A stretch of 32,000 nucleotides of DNA from Desulfocapsa sulfexigens DSM 10523 (GTDB taxonomy: Bacteria > Desulfobacterota > Desulfobulbia > Desulfobulbales > Desulfocapsaceae): the NCBI RefSeq assembly GCF_000341395.1, contig NC_020304.1, positions 300,001 to 332,000 on the forward strand, given 5' to 3'. The translations under genes and the position numbers were made by a program. Position 1 is the first letter of the stretch. Each line of letters starts with the position of its first letter. Positions 8,383 through 17,249 of this stretch are shown piece after piece. The notes beneath the pieces are model-generated. The model was not told the DNA's origin. It ran no database searches and saw only the letters and a program-made list of their open reading frames with translations.

Positions 8383-9127
8383 ACACAGGCCCGATTTCAG
8401 TTTTCAGGCAAGACTCCTCTCAAATTCGGGGCAGAGTATGGCCGAATTTCTGATTATCCTGCCCGTCATGCTGCTGCTTATTTTCGGGGCTATCCAATTT
8501 GCCCTTATATACCACGCCAAGATAACTCTCAATTATGCGGCCTTTGAGGCTGTACGTGCTGGAACTCTGGGACAGGGGAAATTCGATGAAGTCAAGGAAG
8601 GATTTGCCAGGGGACTGGCTCCGCTCTACAGCTACTTTGAATCAGACCCGGACCTGAGAAAAAAACGGGATCCCAATGCCACTGCCGGGGATCAGATTGA
8701 AGCCTTCCAGATGGCGCGCGACAAGATTTACAAAGAGTTTGACACCTCAAGCAAACTGATCCGTATTGAACGACTCAATCCCTCTGACACAACATTCCTC
8801 AGTTTTGCCTCCGACGCAACACTGCCCAATGACAATCTCAGATACCGTTCCTCAAAAACGAAGGGGAAGGAACAGGTATCATTACAGGATGCGAACCTCC
8901 TCCATCTCCGTGTGACTTACTGGTACCCACTCTACGTCCCCTTTGTGAATAAATTGATTTTCAACACCTTTATCTGCCACAAAAAGTCCCCCGGTTTTTC
9001 AGGGAAATGGGCTGACGATCCCGTCTGTCTGGACAAAGATCAGGATCCGGTAATCCCCCTGACGGCCACAGCAGTCATGCGGATGCAGACACCACTGCTT
9101 CAGAGCACCGGATATTATCCAAATTAA
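8354..9127 (+). CDS. TadE-like pseudopilin
   Basis: The leader ends ...LLSNSG|QSMAEFLIILPVMLLLIFGAIQFALIYH, matching the TadE/TadF prepilin-like motif G/xxxxEF plus a hydrophobic helix. The 5' end overlaps the TPR gene by 29 nt (alternative ATG at 8360). Confidence 0.7.
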   Translation: MAMNLQKTNRHRPDFSFQARLLSNSGQSMAEFLIILPVMLLLIFGAIQFALIYHAKITLNYAAFEAVRAGTLGQGKFDEVKEGFARGLAPLYSYFESDPDLRKKRDPNATAGDQIEAFQMARDKIYKEFDTSSKLIRIERLNPSDTTFLSFASDATLPNDNLRYRSSKTKGKEQVSLQDANLLHLRVTYWYPLYVPFVNKLIFNTFICHKKSPGFSGKWADDPVCLDKDQDPVIPLTATAVMRMQTPLLQSTGYYPN

Positions 9128-9145
9128 AACAGCCTCATTAAACAG

Positions 9146-9179
9146 TCACAACCACTTGTACTTATACTCATGGTTGTGA
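9146..9179 (+). terminator. Hairpin after the tad operon (candidate terminator or operator)
   Basis: Perfect 9-bp inverted repeat tcacaacca (9146-9154) / tggttgtga (9171-9179) with a 16-nt loop. A short T tract follows and a longer T run lies at about 9203-9209. The loop is long for a canonical intrinsic terminator. Confidence 0.35.
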
Positions 9180-9263
9180 TAGTATTTTCACACAGCACTC
9201 TCTTTTTTTGTTCTGGAGAAATACCGCAACACTCGCGCTCAAACTGACAAGTGGAGTCTGACC

Positions 9264-9602
9264 ATGTCAAAGGAACAGAGGAAACATCAAAGAAATCCGG
9301 CCAATGGAAACCTACGAATCAAAACTTCCCTCACGGGTATTGCCTATACCGTATCATTACGGGATGTCAGCAAAGGCGGAGCATTTGTACACACCCTGCA
9401 TCTTCCAAGGCTGAACGAAACAATCAGCTTCGAAATTCTTGATGAGTACGGCCTGCAGCTGATCAGGGGACATGGGAAGGTGGTTCGAATTGTGGAAAGG
9501 GCTCTTGATACAGCTACCGGTTTTGCAGTACGTTTTAATGAATTACTGGATCCGGCAATGCTGGACTATCTGTGCGCTGTTCGCCTTCAGGAAACAGCCT
9601 AG
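9264..9602 (+). CDS. PilZ-domain protein (putative c-di-GMP receptor)
   Basis: RxxxR motif (QRKHQR) near the N-terminus and D-x-S-x-x-G (DVSKGGAF) about 30 aa later. Single-domain size of 112 aa. Confidence 0.8.
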   Translation: MSKEQRKHQRNPANGNLRIKTSLTGIAYTVSLRDVSKGGAFVHTLHLPRLNETISFEILDEYGLQLIRGHGKVVRIVERALDTATGFAVRFNELLDPAMLDYLCAVRLQETA

Positions 9603-9658
9603 GAGCTAATCCGCATCTCCGAAGAGTTGAGGTAGCTGCTCATACGGGAAACAAAAGT

Positions 9659-11581
9659 CTACCAACCACCTCCGCCACCACCACCTGAGCTGCCACCACC
9701 ACTACTGCCACCGGATGAGGATCCACCACCACTTGCAGTAAGTGAGCCCACCGCCATACTCCATGAGCCACTCGCTCCGCCACCGCCAAAGGCCCCACCA
9801 CCACCGGTAAAACCCGATGTCGACGAACCACTGCCAATTCCCGTTGAACTGAGATGACCTACGCTGCCACCAAACTTTCGAAACCATGAATCAACGTCCA
9901 TCCCCAGGCCAAAGGCGAGGAGATAGGGGAACCAGTCGTCTTTGATCCTGGGATTCTTCTGAGCCAACTCCTGTTTGAAAAAGTTTCTGGCCGCGGCAAA
10001 ATTTCTTCGTAAAACAAGCCCTTCTTTACTTTCCCTGGATTTGGAGAGGTTAATAATATTGTTGCTGAAAGACAATGCCAGGCAGAACAGTCCGAAGAGG
10101 AGCAGACTGGACGCCGGAAAGAATAAGAGCACAGCAAAATCTATCAGAATAAACCAGAGAGAAAAGATTATCGCAGCCAATCGTACCTTCAGCGAGAGAA
10201 CAGAATGACGATAGCTGTAGGCGCAGACACAACCAAAAATCCATGAAAAAAGTAGTCCTGCCATACCTCCAACCTGTAACGGGACAAATTCGGCCTGATG
10301 CAGAAAAGCATTCCCAAGTAAAAGAAAGCAACCAGCGACACCTAACAGCACCGTAGGTATCCAGATCATTCCAAGAACAGAATTCCCTTCATCGACAAGC
10401 TTTTTCATCTGCCTTTGCAGGGGGTCCTGTATTTTAAGCACTGGATCAAATGTCTTTCGTTTTTTGCGATAATATTCACGAATGGTTTTGGTGTCTGTTA
10501 TGTCCGAATTTTCGTCCACAAACAGCCCTTTAACCAGTTTGTATTCATAGCCGGAGAACGACTCCCTGGGTTGCAGGATTTTCAGATACAAAACAGGAGG
10601 AATGCCGGGGATACTAATATTGAAGAAAGGCAGGAGATAGGGTTCCATCCAACTCTCCATTTTCCCCTCCTGTACCATTCTGGAAAGAACCGCTGCCACT
10701 TCCGCAGTAGAGGTTGTTTTATCCCAGGTAGCCCCAACTACCTCCGCCTTATGGACGAAGAGCTCTTTTTCAAGCCACTGCTCATCCACAAGGGATGTTG
10801 ACGGGAGCGGTGCAAAACGATTTAGGGATCTTTCCCATTGAAAAAAACCACGTATCTTTGTTGCAATCCAGGCAACCAAAAAGAGTAACAGCAAGAGACG
10901 GATCCAGGTAGCAGCTGGAGGCGGTGGCAGGGCCGGAGTTGCCTGAGGAAGTGGGGCCTGTTTTGTGTAGGTCATAGGCTTTTTTTCTCCTGAAAAGCTT
11001 AGCTTCTGACGCAGCACAACTCCCTCTCCGGGAGCTATGTTATTACGAACCAGAGAAATCGGTAATTGCTGCCATACAGGGTCAAAGGTCAGTTCCAAAC
11101 GAAAATTCTTAACAATTCCTGACCGATCCGGAAAACAGAAATCATGATCCAGCAGATAGTTGCCCTGTTCTGGAAGCAATAGATGACTCAGACTGTAACG
11201 AAGAATATAGGTGATGGAGGTATTGTTAAAAACAGGATCGGAAGGAAGGCGCGAACGCCAGCGGATTGCCGTCTGCCCGTTATGATCCCAGTGATCTACC
11301 AGTTGGAGGTTACCACGCTGTAACGGGATATTTCGACCATTGGCATCAAGCCTGCTGATCGACTCGAATTTCATCTTCTGACCAGGAAAGACACGAAATA
11401 TCCGTTCGCCACCATTCCAGTCACCCGAGAACACAATAGTTTGCTGCTCTTGAATATGAAGACGTCCATCACCATCCAGGGTTGCCCTGACTTCAATATC
11501 CTGCCAGAAGAGAGAGCGGGCCTCTGCAGCGAAAGGACACAGAAGGACGCAGAAAAGGAGGAAACGAAACACAATTAGCAT
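9659..11581 (-). CDS. DUF2207-family membrane protein with a Gly/Ser-rich C-terminal tail
   Basis: Signal/anchor MLIVFRFLLFCVLLCPFAAEA. The N-terminal exo-domain (LFWQDIEVRATLDGDGRLHIQEQQTIVFSGDWNGGERIF) is typical of DUF2207. Several TM helices follow. The C-terminus ...GGGGAFGGGGASGSW...GGGSSGGGGGGGW is the family-typical poly-Gly tail. Confidence 0.8.
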   Translation of the reverse strand: MLIVFRFLLFCVLLCPFAAEARSLFWQDIEVRATLDGDGRLHIQEQQTIVFSGDWNGGERIFRVFPGQKMKFESISRLDANGRNIPLQRGNLQLVDHWDHNGQTAIRWRSRLPSDPVFNNTSITYILRYSLSHLLLPEQGNYLLDHDFCFPDRSGIVKNFRLELTFDPVWQQLPISLVRNNIAPGEGVVLRQKLSFSGEKKPMTYTKQAPLPQATPALPPPPAATWIRLLLLLFLVAWIATKIRGFFQWERSLNRFAPLPSTSLVDEQWLEKELFVHKAEVVGATWDKTTSTAEVAAVLSRMVQEGKMESWMEPYLLPFFNISIPGIPPVLYLKILQPRESFSGYEYKLVKGLFVDENSDITDTKTIREYYRKKRKTFDPVLKIQDPLQRQMKKLVDEGNSVLGMIWIPTVLLGVAGCFLLLGNAFLHQAEFVPLQVGGMAGLLFSWIFGCVCAYSYRHSVLSLKVRLAAIIFSLWFILIDFAVLLFFPASSLLLFGLFCLALSFSNNIINLSKSRESKEGLVLRRNFAAARNFFKQELAQKNPRIKDDWFPYLLAFGLGMDVDSWFRKFGGSVGHLSSTGIGSGSSTSGFTGGGGAFGGGGASGSWSMAVGSLTASGGGSSSGGSSGGGSSGGGGGGGW

Positions 11582-11673
11582 ATCTGAGCACCATAGCCTT
11601 CCATTAGATTCCCTCTAACAGTTTACTTCAGGTTGTTTTTTCTCCAGAAATACAGACAACCATATACAATAAT

Positions 11674-13110
11674 TTACGGAACCTCTCTTACAAGGGATAT
11701 TTTCTCCAACGTTCTCCTGAGCAGAGTAGCCATATCCACACGAATCTCAGCATCCTGTTCCGAGTGTTCGTTTTTTTGCACTATTTCAAAAAAACGATTG
11801 CAGACCTTACGCTCCTCTCTGTTCCAATCGGCACTGTAGCCCACTTTTGCAGGAAGCATAGCATCATCGGAGGACGAGGTTTGGTAATCTCTCCGTCCAT
11901 GAGCCCAGTTTATGATATGGCTGTAGAAGAGAAACTGTCGATCAAGCAGCACAAAAAGAAGCTGGATATTTTTTACCGGCCCAACCGTCAGCTGCTGCGC
12001 ATCAAGACGCATCCCCAGAAGGCGTGTGCCTGACAACAATTCTCGTCCCTTCAGTGCTGTCCCCGCAGCCCCCACAATCCCGCCAATGGTTGAAAAAATC
12101 CCAAAGGAAAGTCCGGCAGCAGCCACATCAATACCGGCACCAACGGCAGCACCACCCAATGCTCCTGCCATGATCAGCTGTGAAGAACTCAACCCAAGAA
12201 ACTCCCAGGTTTTTTCTGCGAACAGATCCTCCTGAAGAATGGAGTGAGGCGGCAGATCAAGGTTGAAGATATTGTGTTTATAAAGATCCCGCATCTGTTG
12301 CTGACACTTCTTCTCCTGCTGGCGAAGGAAATGTTCATACTGTCCGTGGATTTTTTTCTTCAAAGCCCCCTCGTCATCTCCTGGCTGTAACGATATAGAG
12401 CGGTGGTAAGTAAGCCCCTCTTCCACAAGACCAAGCAGCAGCTCCACCACCTGGGTGTTACGCTGCTGCCAGTCATTCTTAAAAGCAATTATCACCTGAT
12501 CAACTATGGGCTGCAGATTCTGATCGATTCCCTTGAGGCTCTCCAGCAGTGCAATACGTTCCTGGTAGGTGGCCCGGCAGGAGTTAAAAAGCCGGATGGA
12601 GTTAAAATGTTTTCTGAATTCCAACTGCCACTTCCCCAGCCATCCCGTCTCTTCAACCTTGCAATTGATAATCGCCATGCGCGGACAGCCGGTGAGACGC
12701 AGAATCTCCATCTCCGCTTTGTCCATATTACGAAGCGGCCTTGAGCCATCGACAACAAAGATAATCCCAGCCCCCCGCAACAGTGGCTGCAGAAGTTCAC
12801 AATCATCCTTAAAATCGGGATCACCAATGTGAGCTGCAATAAAGTCTGCTATCAGGGTATCATCGTTTCCCTGGTATTCCTGCATCCATTGCAGTGTCCT
12901 TCGCGGATTTTGAAAACCCGGGGTATCGGTGAATCTGATTATTTCCCTGCCATCAATAGTGACCGGAAAAATCTGACATTGTCTGGTTTCCCCCGGCATT
13001 GGGCTGATACGTACGGAATCATCTTCAGCAAGGGTAGACAATACCGAGGACTTGCCTTCGTTCGGATGGCCGATCACCGCAAATTCAGGAATTTTCCTCT
13101 CTTCTATCAT
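11674..13110 (-). CDS. Membrane-associated GTPase (MMR_HSR1-like G domain plus DUF3482-like region)
   Basis: G1 is GHPNEGKSS and G3 is DTPG. The G4 position reads INCKVEE, which is non-canonical. A Gly/Ala-zipper hydrophobic hairpin LIMAGALGGAAVGAGIDVAAAGLSFGIFSTIGGIVGAAGTAL lies at nt 12049-12174. The start overlaps the stop of the upstream gene. Confidence 0.8.
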   Translation of the reverse strand: MIEERKIPEFAVIGHPNEGKSSVLSTLAEDDSVRISPMPGETRQCQIFPVTIDGREIIRFTDTPGFQNPRRTLQWMQEYQGNDDTLIADFIAAHIGDPDFKDDCELLQPLLRGAGIIFVVDGSRPLRNMDKAEMEILRLTGCPRMAIINCKVEETGWLGKWQLEFRKHFNSIRLFNSCRATYQERIALLESLKGIDQNLQPIVDQVIIAFKNDWQQRNTQVVELLLGLVEEGLTYHRSISLQPGDDEGALKKKIHGQYEHFLRQQEKKCQQQMRDLYKHNIFNLDLPPHSILQEDLFAEKTWEFLGLSSSQLIMAGALGGAAVGAGIDVAAAGLSFGIFSTIGGIVGAAGTALKGRELLSGTRLLGMRLDAQQLTVGPVKNIQLLFVLLDRQFLFYSHIINWAHGRRDYQTSSSDDAMLPAKVGYSADWNREERKVCNRFFEIVQKNEHSEQDAEIRVDMATLLRRTLEKISLVREVP

Positions 13111-14681
13111 CTCTTCACCAGGGGGCTTACCTGAAGACAGGGGTCCAGCAGTATGGCAGTTTTCTCACGCCAGACCTGAAGGTCCATCTTCGTTACCGGG
13201 GTAAAAATGGTACTCGGATCCGGTTTTCCAATGAGTCCCACAATGATGACCGTTTCTTTGCCACAGTGGAGACGAAGCTCCCGGAGAAAATGCAGCATTT
13301 CCTGAATGGGCGGCTGCCAGGCCTCCTGCAGAATCAGCAGGGGGAAACAACCTCCATCCGATTCAGGTCGCAATTGTGAAAAGATCGGGCTGCTGTCACC
13401 ATATTCATCATCAATCCGCAGCATTCCAGCAACGCCATATCCGAACACCTCCTGGCAGAGCTGTTTCATTCCGGCCGTATCACAGTCATCAAAGAGTTCA
13501 TCCGGGACAAGAGCCAGGAGTTCTCCATTTACAGTCCGGGGTTCTTCCTCCTCTCTCTGCATGGTTTTCGGAAGAGGGTCACTGGAGACACCCTGCACCT
13601 GCGGACGAGTTTCAAGCCGAGGGGAGAGAAGGCGATGGAGGAGCTGATTATGATCCGGTCGCTGTAATGAAACTCTTTTCAGAGCACGCTTACGCCCAAA
13701 GGTACCAAGCATAAAAAGAGCTATCCGGGGCAGTAGGCAGTAACAGCAGATCGCCAGACAGAGAAAGGGCCACCAGGAAACAAGATCAGTGCTTATCAAA
13801 TGATAGAAGCCATCCTTTAACACCATCCTGCTTCCTTCAATCTGGGCAGCACCGGGATAGCTTGCAGACCCCAGCAGCCAGGACCATGGCAGAGCAAGCC
13901 AGTGGACAAGACGTGCCACAAACTGAGACGAAACCTGAATGGTGGACTGCCAGCCAAAGGCCATATCCGAGCTTGCCACCTTGACCAGAAGCACCCCAAG
14001 CACTCCAAAATTAAAGGCAATCCCAAAGAGTTGAAAAAGAAGAAACAGAGGCCAGGAAAACAGCGCTCCGTAGCCCTTGCCACGGGTACGGACGGCAGCA
14101 AGAGCTCCTGCAAATTGAGATCTGCGGTGCCCCGCCATATTCTCAAAGCCGTAACGTCGTATTTTGAAAAGAAAGCTGTTAAGCCCCCTGCTCACCAGGG
14201 AAAGCAATAATGAAGAACGGAGATCAAAGCCGCGTACTCTGCGATAGCCCCACACAAAGAGTAACAGAAGCAGAAAACAGACCTGGAATCCGACAAAGAC
14301 AAGAAAAAAGAGGGACACATTTACCGGTTGCTCCCCGGAATAGCTGAGAAACGACCAGGCAAGCCCGGCACCCGAAGCCAAAGCCAGAAAGGAAAACAGC
14401 GACCAGAACAGACCATACAGCTCATACCACATCCTTCCCGGCAGCAGAGCCTGCCCACCCTGTTCCTGATTTTCCAGACGTCTCCGTTCCTGCAGCCATC
14501 GATAAATCAGCCATTCACGCTCAGGCTCTGCATCCGTCACATCTCCGCCAATTACATTGAGGTAGAGATTCCGATCCCTGTCACGCAGCACAGCTGCGCC
14601 CTCTTCTTCTTCCAGTTGTTTGTCCTGAATGAAAAAATATTCGAGATCCAGAAAATCAGGGATGCGCCACGAAGAATTCAT
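13107..14681 (-). CDS. Polytopic membrane protein, DUF2868-like
   Basis: Acidic soluble N-terminus, at least 4 hydrophobic spans (for example LYGLFWSLFSFLALASGAGLAWSFL and VSLFFLVFVGFQVCFLLLLLFVWGY) and a soluble C-terminal domain. I prefer the ATG at 14681. The track ORF extends to a TTG at 14741, which would overlap the divergent EamA start. The stop overlaps the GTPase ATG (ATGA at 13107-13110). Confidence 0.65.
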   Translation of the reverse strand: MNSSWRIPDFLDLEYFFIQDKQLEEEEGAAVLRDRDRNLYLNVIGGDVTDAEPEREWLIYRWLQERRRLENQEQGGQALLPGRMWYELYGLFWSLFSFLALASGAGLAWSFLSYSGEQPVNVSLFFLVFVGFQVCFLLLLLFVWGYRRVRGFDLRSSLLLSLVSRGLNSFLFKIRRYGFENMAGHRRSQFAGALAAVRTRGKGYGALFSWPLFLLFQLFGIAFNFGVLGVLLVKVASSDMAFGWQSTIQVSSQFVARLVHWLALPWSWLLGSASYPGAAQIEGSRMVLKDGFYHLISTDLVSWWPFLCLAICCYCLLPRIALFMLGTFGRKRALKRVSLQRPDHNQLLHRLLSPRLETRPQVQGVSSDPLPKTMQREEEEPRTVNGELLALVPDELFDDCDTAGMKQLCQEVFGYGVAGMLRIDDEYGDSSPIFSQLRPESDGGCFPLLILQEAWQPPIQEMLHFLRELRLHCGKETVIIVGLIGKPDPSTIFTPVTKMDLQVWREKTAILLDPCLQVSPLVKR

Positions 14682-14733
14682 AACATCAGTTAATAGTTGC
14701 AGGTAAAAAAGAGTTTCTTTCTTTCTGTAAAAG

Positions 14734-15729
14734 ATGCACAATACCAGTTTTCAAGTTTTTTTTACAGAAAGTTTACCATGGATTTTTATTGTGCAGACAA
14801 CAAGCAACTGGCGGGCCAACTTCCTCCTCCTCCTTACCGCAATGATATGGGGTTCTTCCTTCGTTGCCCAGCGTCAGGGAATGGAGCATGTCTCACCCTT
14901 TACCTTTAACGGGCTACGCTTTCTCGTTGGCGCTGTATCTCTTCTCCCCATCCTGTTCCATAGCAGGTCTAAAGAGTACAACAGCACAGGGACAATGCCA
15001 CTACTGTCATGGCCGATCATCGCAGGAGGCTTCTCCCTCGGTCTGGTTCTTTTTGCCGGTGCATCACTGCAACAGATAGGAATAGTCGAAACAACTGCAG
15101 GTAAAGCAGGGTTTATCACCGGACTTTATGTCATTATTGTTCCTCTGCTGGGACTCTTCGGAAAACAGAACACAAGATTCGGCACCTGGCTTGGTGCGTT
15201 GCTCGCTGTCATCGGGATGTATTTTTTAAGTGTCACCGATGATCTCAGCCTTTCGAGAGGTGACCTGCTGGTTCTTTGCAGCGCACTGTTCTGGGCAATG
15301 CACGTGCAATTAATTTCCAGACTGTGCCAGAAGCACGATGCCCTGCAGCTCTCCTTTTATCAATTTCTCTTCTGTGCCCTTTTCAGCCTGCTGACAGCCC
15401 TTCAATGGGAGACAATATCCCTGGCTGGAATTCGGGGTGCACTGTTTCCCATCTTCTACACCGGAATTTTCTCAGTGGGAATTGCCTACACGCTGCAGGT
15501 TGTTGCCCAGAAAAAGGCGCACCCCGCTCACGCTGCCATCATCCTCAGCCTTGAATCTGTTTTTGCGGTCCTGGCCGGCTACTTTATTCTGGGAGAAATA
15601 CTTACCCCCCGAGGACTCTTTGGCTGTAGCCTGATGCTTGCAGGAATGCTCCTGTCACAACTGCTCACCAGCAGAAATAGTGATCAAATACTAAGAGGTT
15701 CACGGTGGTACAGAAAAATATTGAACTGA
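14734..15729 (+). CDS. EamA/DMT-superfamily transporter
   Basis: About 10 predicted TM helices in two EamA-like halves. The N-terminal motif LLLLLTAMIWGSSFVAQRQGME is typical of the family. Confidence 0.85.
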   Translation: MHNTSFQVFFTESLPWIFIVQTTSNWRANFLLLLTAMIWGSSFVAQRQGMEHVSPFTFNGLRFLVGAVSLLPILFHSRSKEYNSTGTMPLLSWPIIAGGFSLGLVLFAGASLQQIGIVETTAGKAGFITGLYVIIVPLLGLFGKQNTRFGTWLGALLAVIGMYFLSVTDDLSLSRGDLLVLCSALFWAMHVQLISRLCQKHDALQLSFYQFLFCALFSLLTALQWETISLAGIRGALFPIFYTGIFSVGIAYTLQVVAQKKAHPAHAAIILSLESVFAVLAGYFILGEILTPRGLFGCSLMLAGMLLSQLLTSRNSDQILRGSRWYRKILN

Positions 15730-16550
15730 CGGTTCTCTGTGAAAACAGTGTAGCGGGCCCCTTCGGCCTTACCGGGGAGCATGGCTGGGCAGTTGGAGTG
15801 ACCACCTCAGCCACCCGTATGCTTTTTGATACAGGACAAGGATTGGGGATACTCCGCAACAGTGAAATCCTTGAGTTTGATCTCAGCAGGGTTGAAACCA
15901 TTGTCCTCAGCCACGGCCATTATGACCACTGTTCCGGATTAGCTCTGGTATTGCCACTCACCGGAAAAACAGATGTTCATATTCACCAACAGGGCTTTGG
16001 CAGACGTTGCCACAGATACAAAGGCACGATCAGAGATATAGGAATCATGGAAAAGCAGAGTAGCCTTGAATCCCTTGGCGCGCACTTCATATTCAACAAA
16101 GATTTCACGAAAATAGAAGACGGGATATATCTCAGTGGAGAAATCCCCCGCCTCACCACATTTGAAGAGCCGGACCCAAGACTTGTACGGGCAGATACAA
16201 CGGAGGAACTCTTTCCCGATCCACTCCTTGATGACCAGACCCTGATTCTCGACAGCAGGGAGGGATTAATACTTATCCTTGGCTGTGCCCATGCAGGATT
16301 AATCAATATCCTCCATCATGTTCAGCAACAGCTGCCAGGCAGACCGATCCACACAATTATTGGCGGAACCCACCTTGGTTTTGCCTCTGATGAACAGTTT
16401 AATGCCACGGTGAAGGCCCTGAGCAATTTTAACATCAAATGTCTTGCTGCAAGTCACTGCACCGGTCTGGAACGTGGAGCAGACCTGGCACAGGCATTTG
16501 GCAGCATATTTCGCTTTGCACCCGTGGGCACGAGACTACAGTTCGCCTGA
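15705..16550 (+). CDS. MBL-fold metallo-hydrolase (COG1237-like)
   Basis: HxHxDH motif (LSHGHYDHCSG) and later His/Asp ligand positions (GCAHAG, GGTHLG). GTG start, overlapping the EamA 3' end by 25 nt. Confidence 0.8.
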   Translation: MVQKNIELTVLCENSVAGPFGLTGEHGWAVGVTTSATRMLFDTGQGLGILRNSEILEFDLSRVETIVLSHGHYDHCSGLALVLPLTGKTDVHIHQQGFGRRCHRYKGTIRDIGIMEKQSSLESLGAHFIFNKDFTKIEDGIYLSGEIPRLTTFEEPDPRLVRADTTEELFPDPLLDDQTLILDSREGLILILGCAHAGLINILHHVQQQLPGRPIHTIIGGTHLGFASDEQFNATVKALSNFNIKCLAASHCTGLERGADLAQAFGSIFRFAPVGTRLQFA

Positions 16551-16552
16551 TT

Positions 16553-17245
16553 ATGCTTCAGCACCATTCCACAGCACAGGAAGCATACTGCACACACTGC
16601 GGCAGTGCTCACACACTCCCCCGTGAACCGGCTATAGCAGCGGCAAAAGACCTGATGGCACGCATGGATCTGGAGCTTGCCACGGATACCCTCTATGGGG
16701 ATGCACGGGGCAAAATGTTCGGGGTACTTGTCTGCCGCACTCCCCACGGCAAGCTCACTACCTTAAAAGCCTTTTCGGGACAGTTTAATGGGCAATGGGA
16801 GCTTCAGGGCTGGGTCCCTCCCCTCTTTAACGTGAAGGACTTTCACGCCCTCAACGACCCGGTGGAAAAGCAGATCAAAGCCCTTGGCAGAGAAGCTGAA
16901 TCCAGCAGTGATCCAAGCATTCTTGAGAAACGCAGACAGCTCTCCAGGAAACTGATGAAGGATATTCACGCACTCTACAGGCTTCACAATTTCAGGGGCC
17001 AACAGTCTTCCCTTGCCGAGCTGTTGCAGGGCCGGGGAATTGCAACGGGAACAGGAGACTGTTGCGCTCCCAAACTGCTCAATTTTGCCGCTCAAAATAA
17101 TCTCCATCCCCTGGCAATCGCTGAATTCTACTGGGGGAAAACGAATAGATCTGCAACCAGACATGAAGGAAATTTCTATCTGGCCTGCACGGACAAATGC
17201 GGCCCCATTCTTGGATTTCTCCTCTGCGGCCTGGAAAAATCGTGA
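16553..17245 (+). CDS. Cys-rich hypothetical protein (resembles the N-terminal module of long RluA-family proteins)
   Basis: ATG at 16553, 2 nt after the MBL stop. The track ORF start at 16439 lies inside the MBL gene. Cys motifs: CTHCGSAH, GDCCAPKLL and ACTDKCGPILGFLLCG. The family link is from my recollection only. Confidence 0.5.
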   Translation: MLQHHSTAQEAYCTHCGSAHTLPREPAIAAAKDLMARMDLELATDTLYGDARGKMFGVLVCRTPHGKLTTLKAFSGQFNGQWELQGWVPPLFNVKDFHALNDPVEKQIKALGREAESSSDPSILEKRRQLSRKLMKDIHALYRLHNFRGQQSSLAELLQGRGIATGTGDCCAPKLLNFAAQNNLHPLAIAEFYWGKTNRSATRHEGNFYLACTDKCGPILGFLLCGLEKS

Positions 17246-17249
17246 GAAT

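Noticed and set aside
9213-9228. Sigma-54-like element ctGGagaaataccGCa upstream of the PilZ gene.
   Set aside because: The GG-to-GC spacing is 9 nt rather than 10, and the flanking bases do not fit TGGCAC-N5-TTGCW.
9640-9887. ORFs 9640-9837 and 9702-9887 on the minus strand.
   Set aside because: They are alternative frames of the Gly/Ser-tail-encoding simple sequence (ccaccacc runs) of the DUF2207 gene and translate to repetitive V/W/R-rich sequence.
16439-16552. Upstream extension of the Cys-rich ORF (track start at 16439).
   Set aside because: The extension lies entirely inside the well-supported MBL-fold gene in another frame. The ATG at 16553, 2 nt after the MBL stop, is the sensible start.
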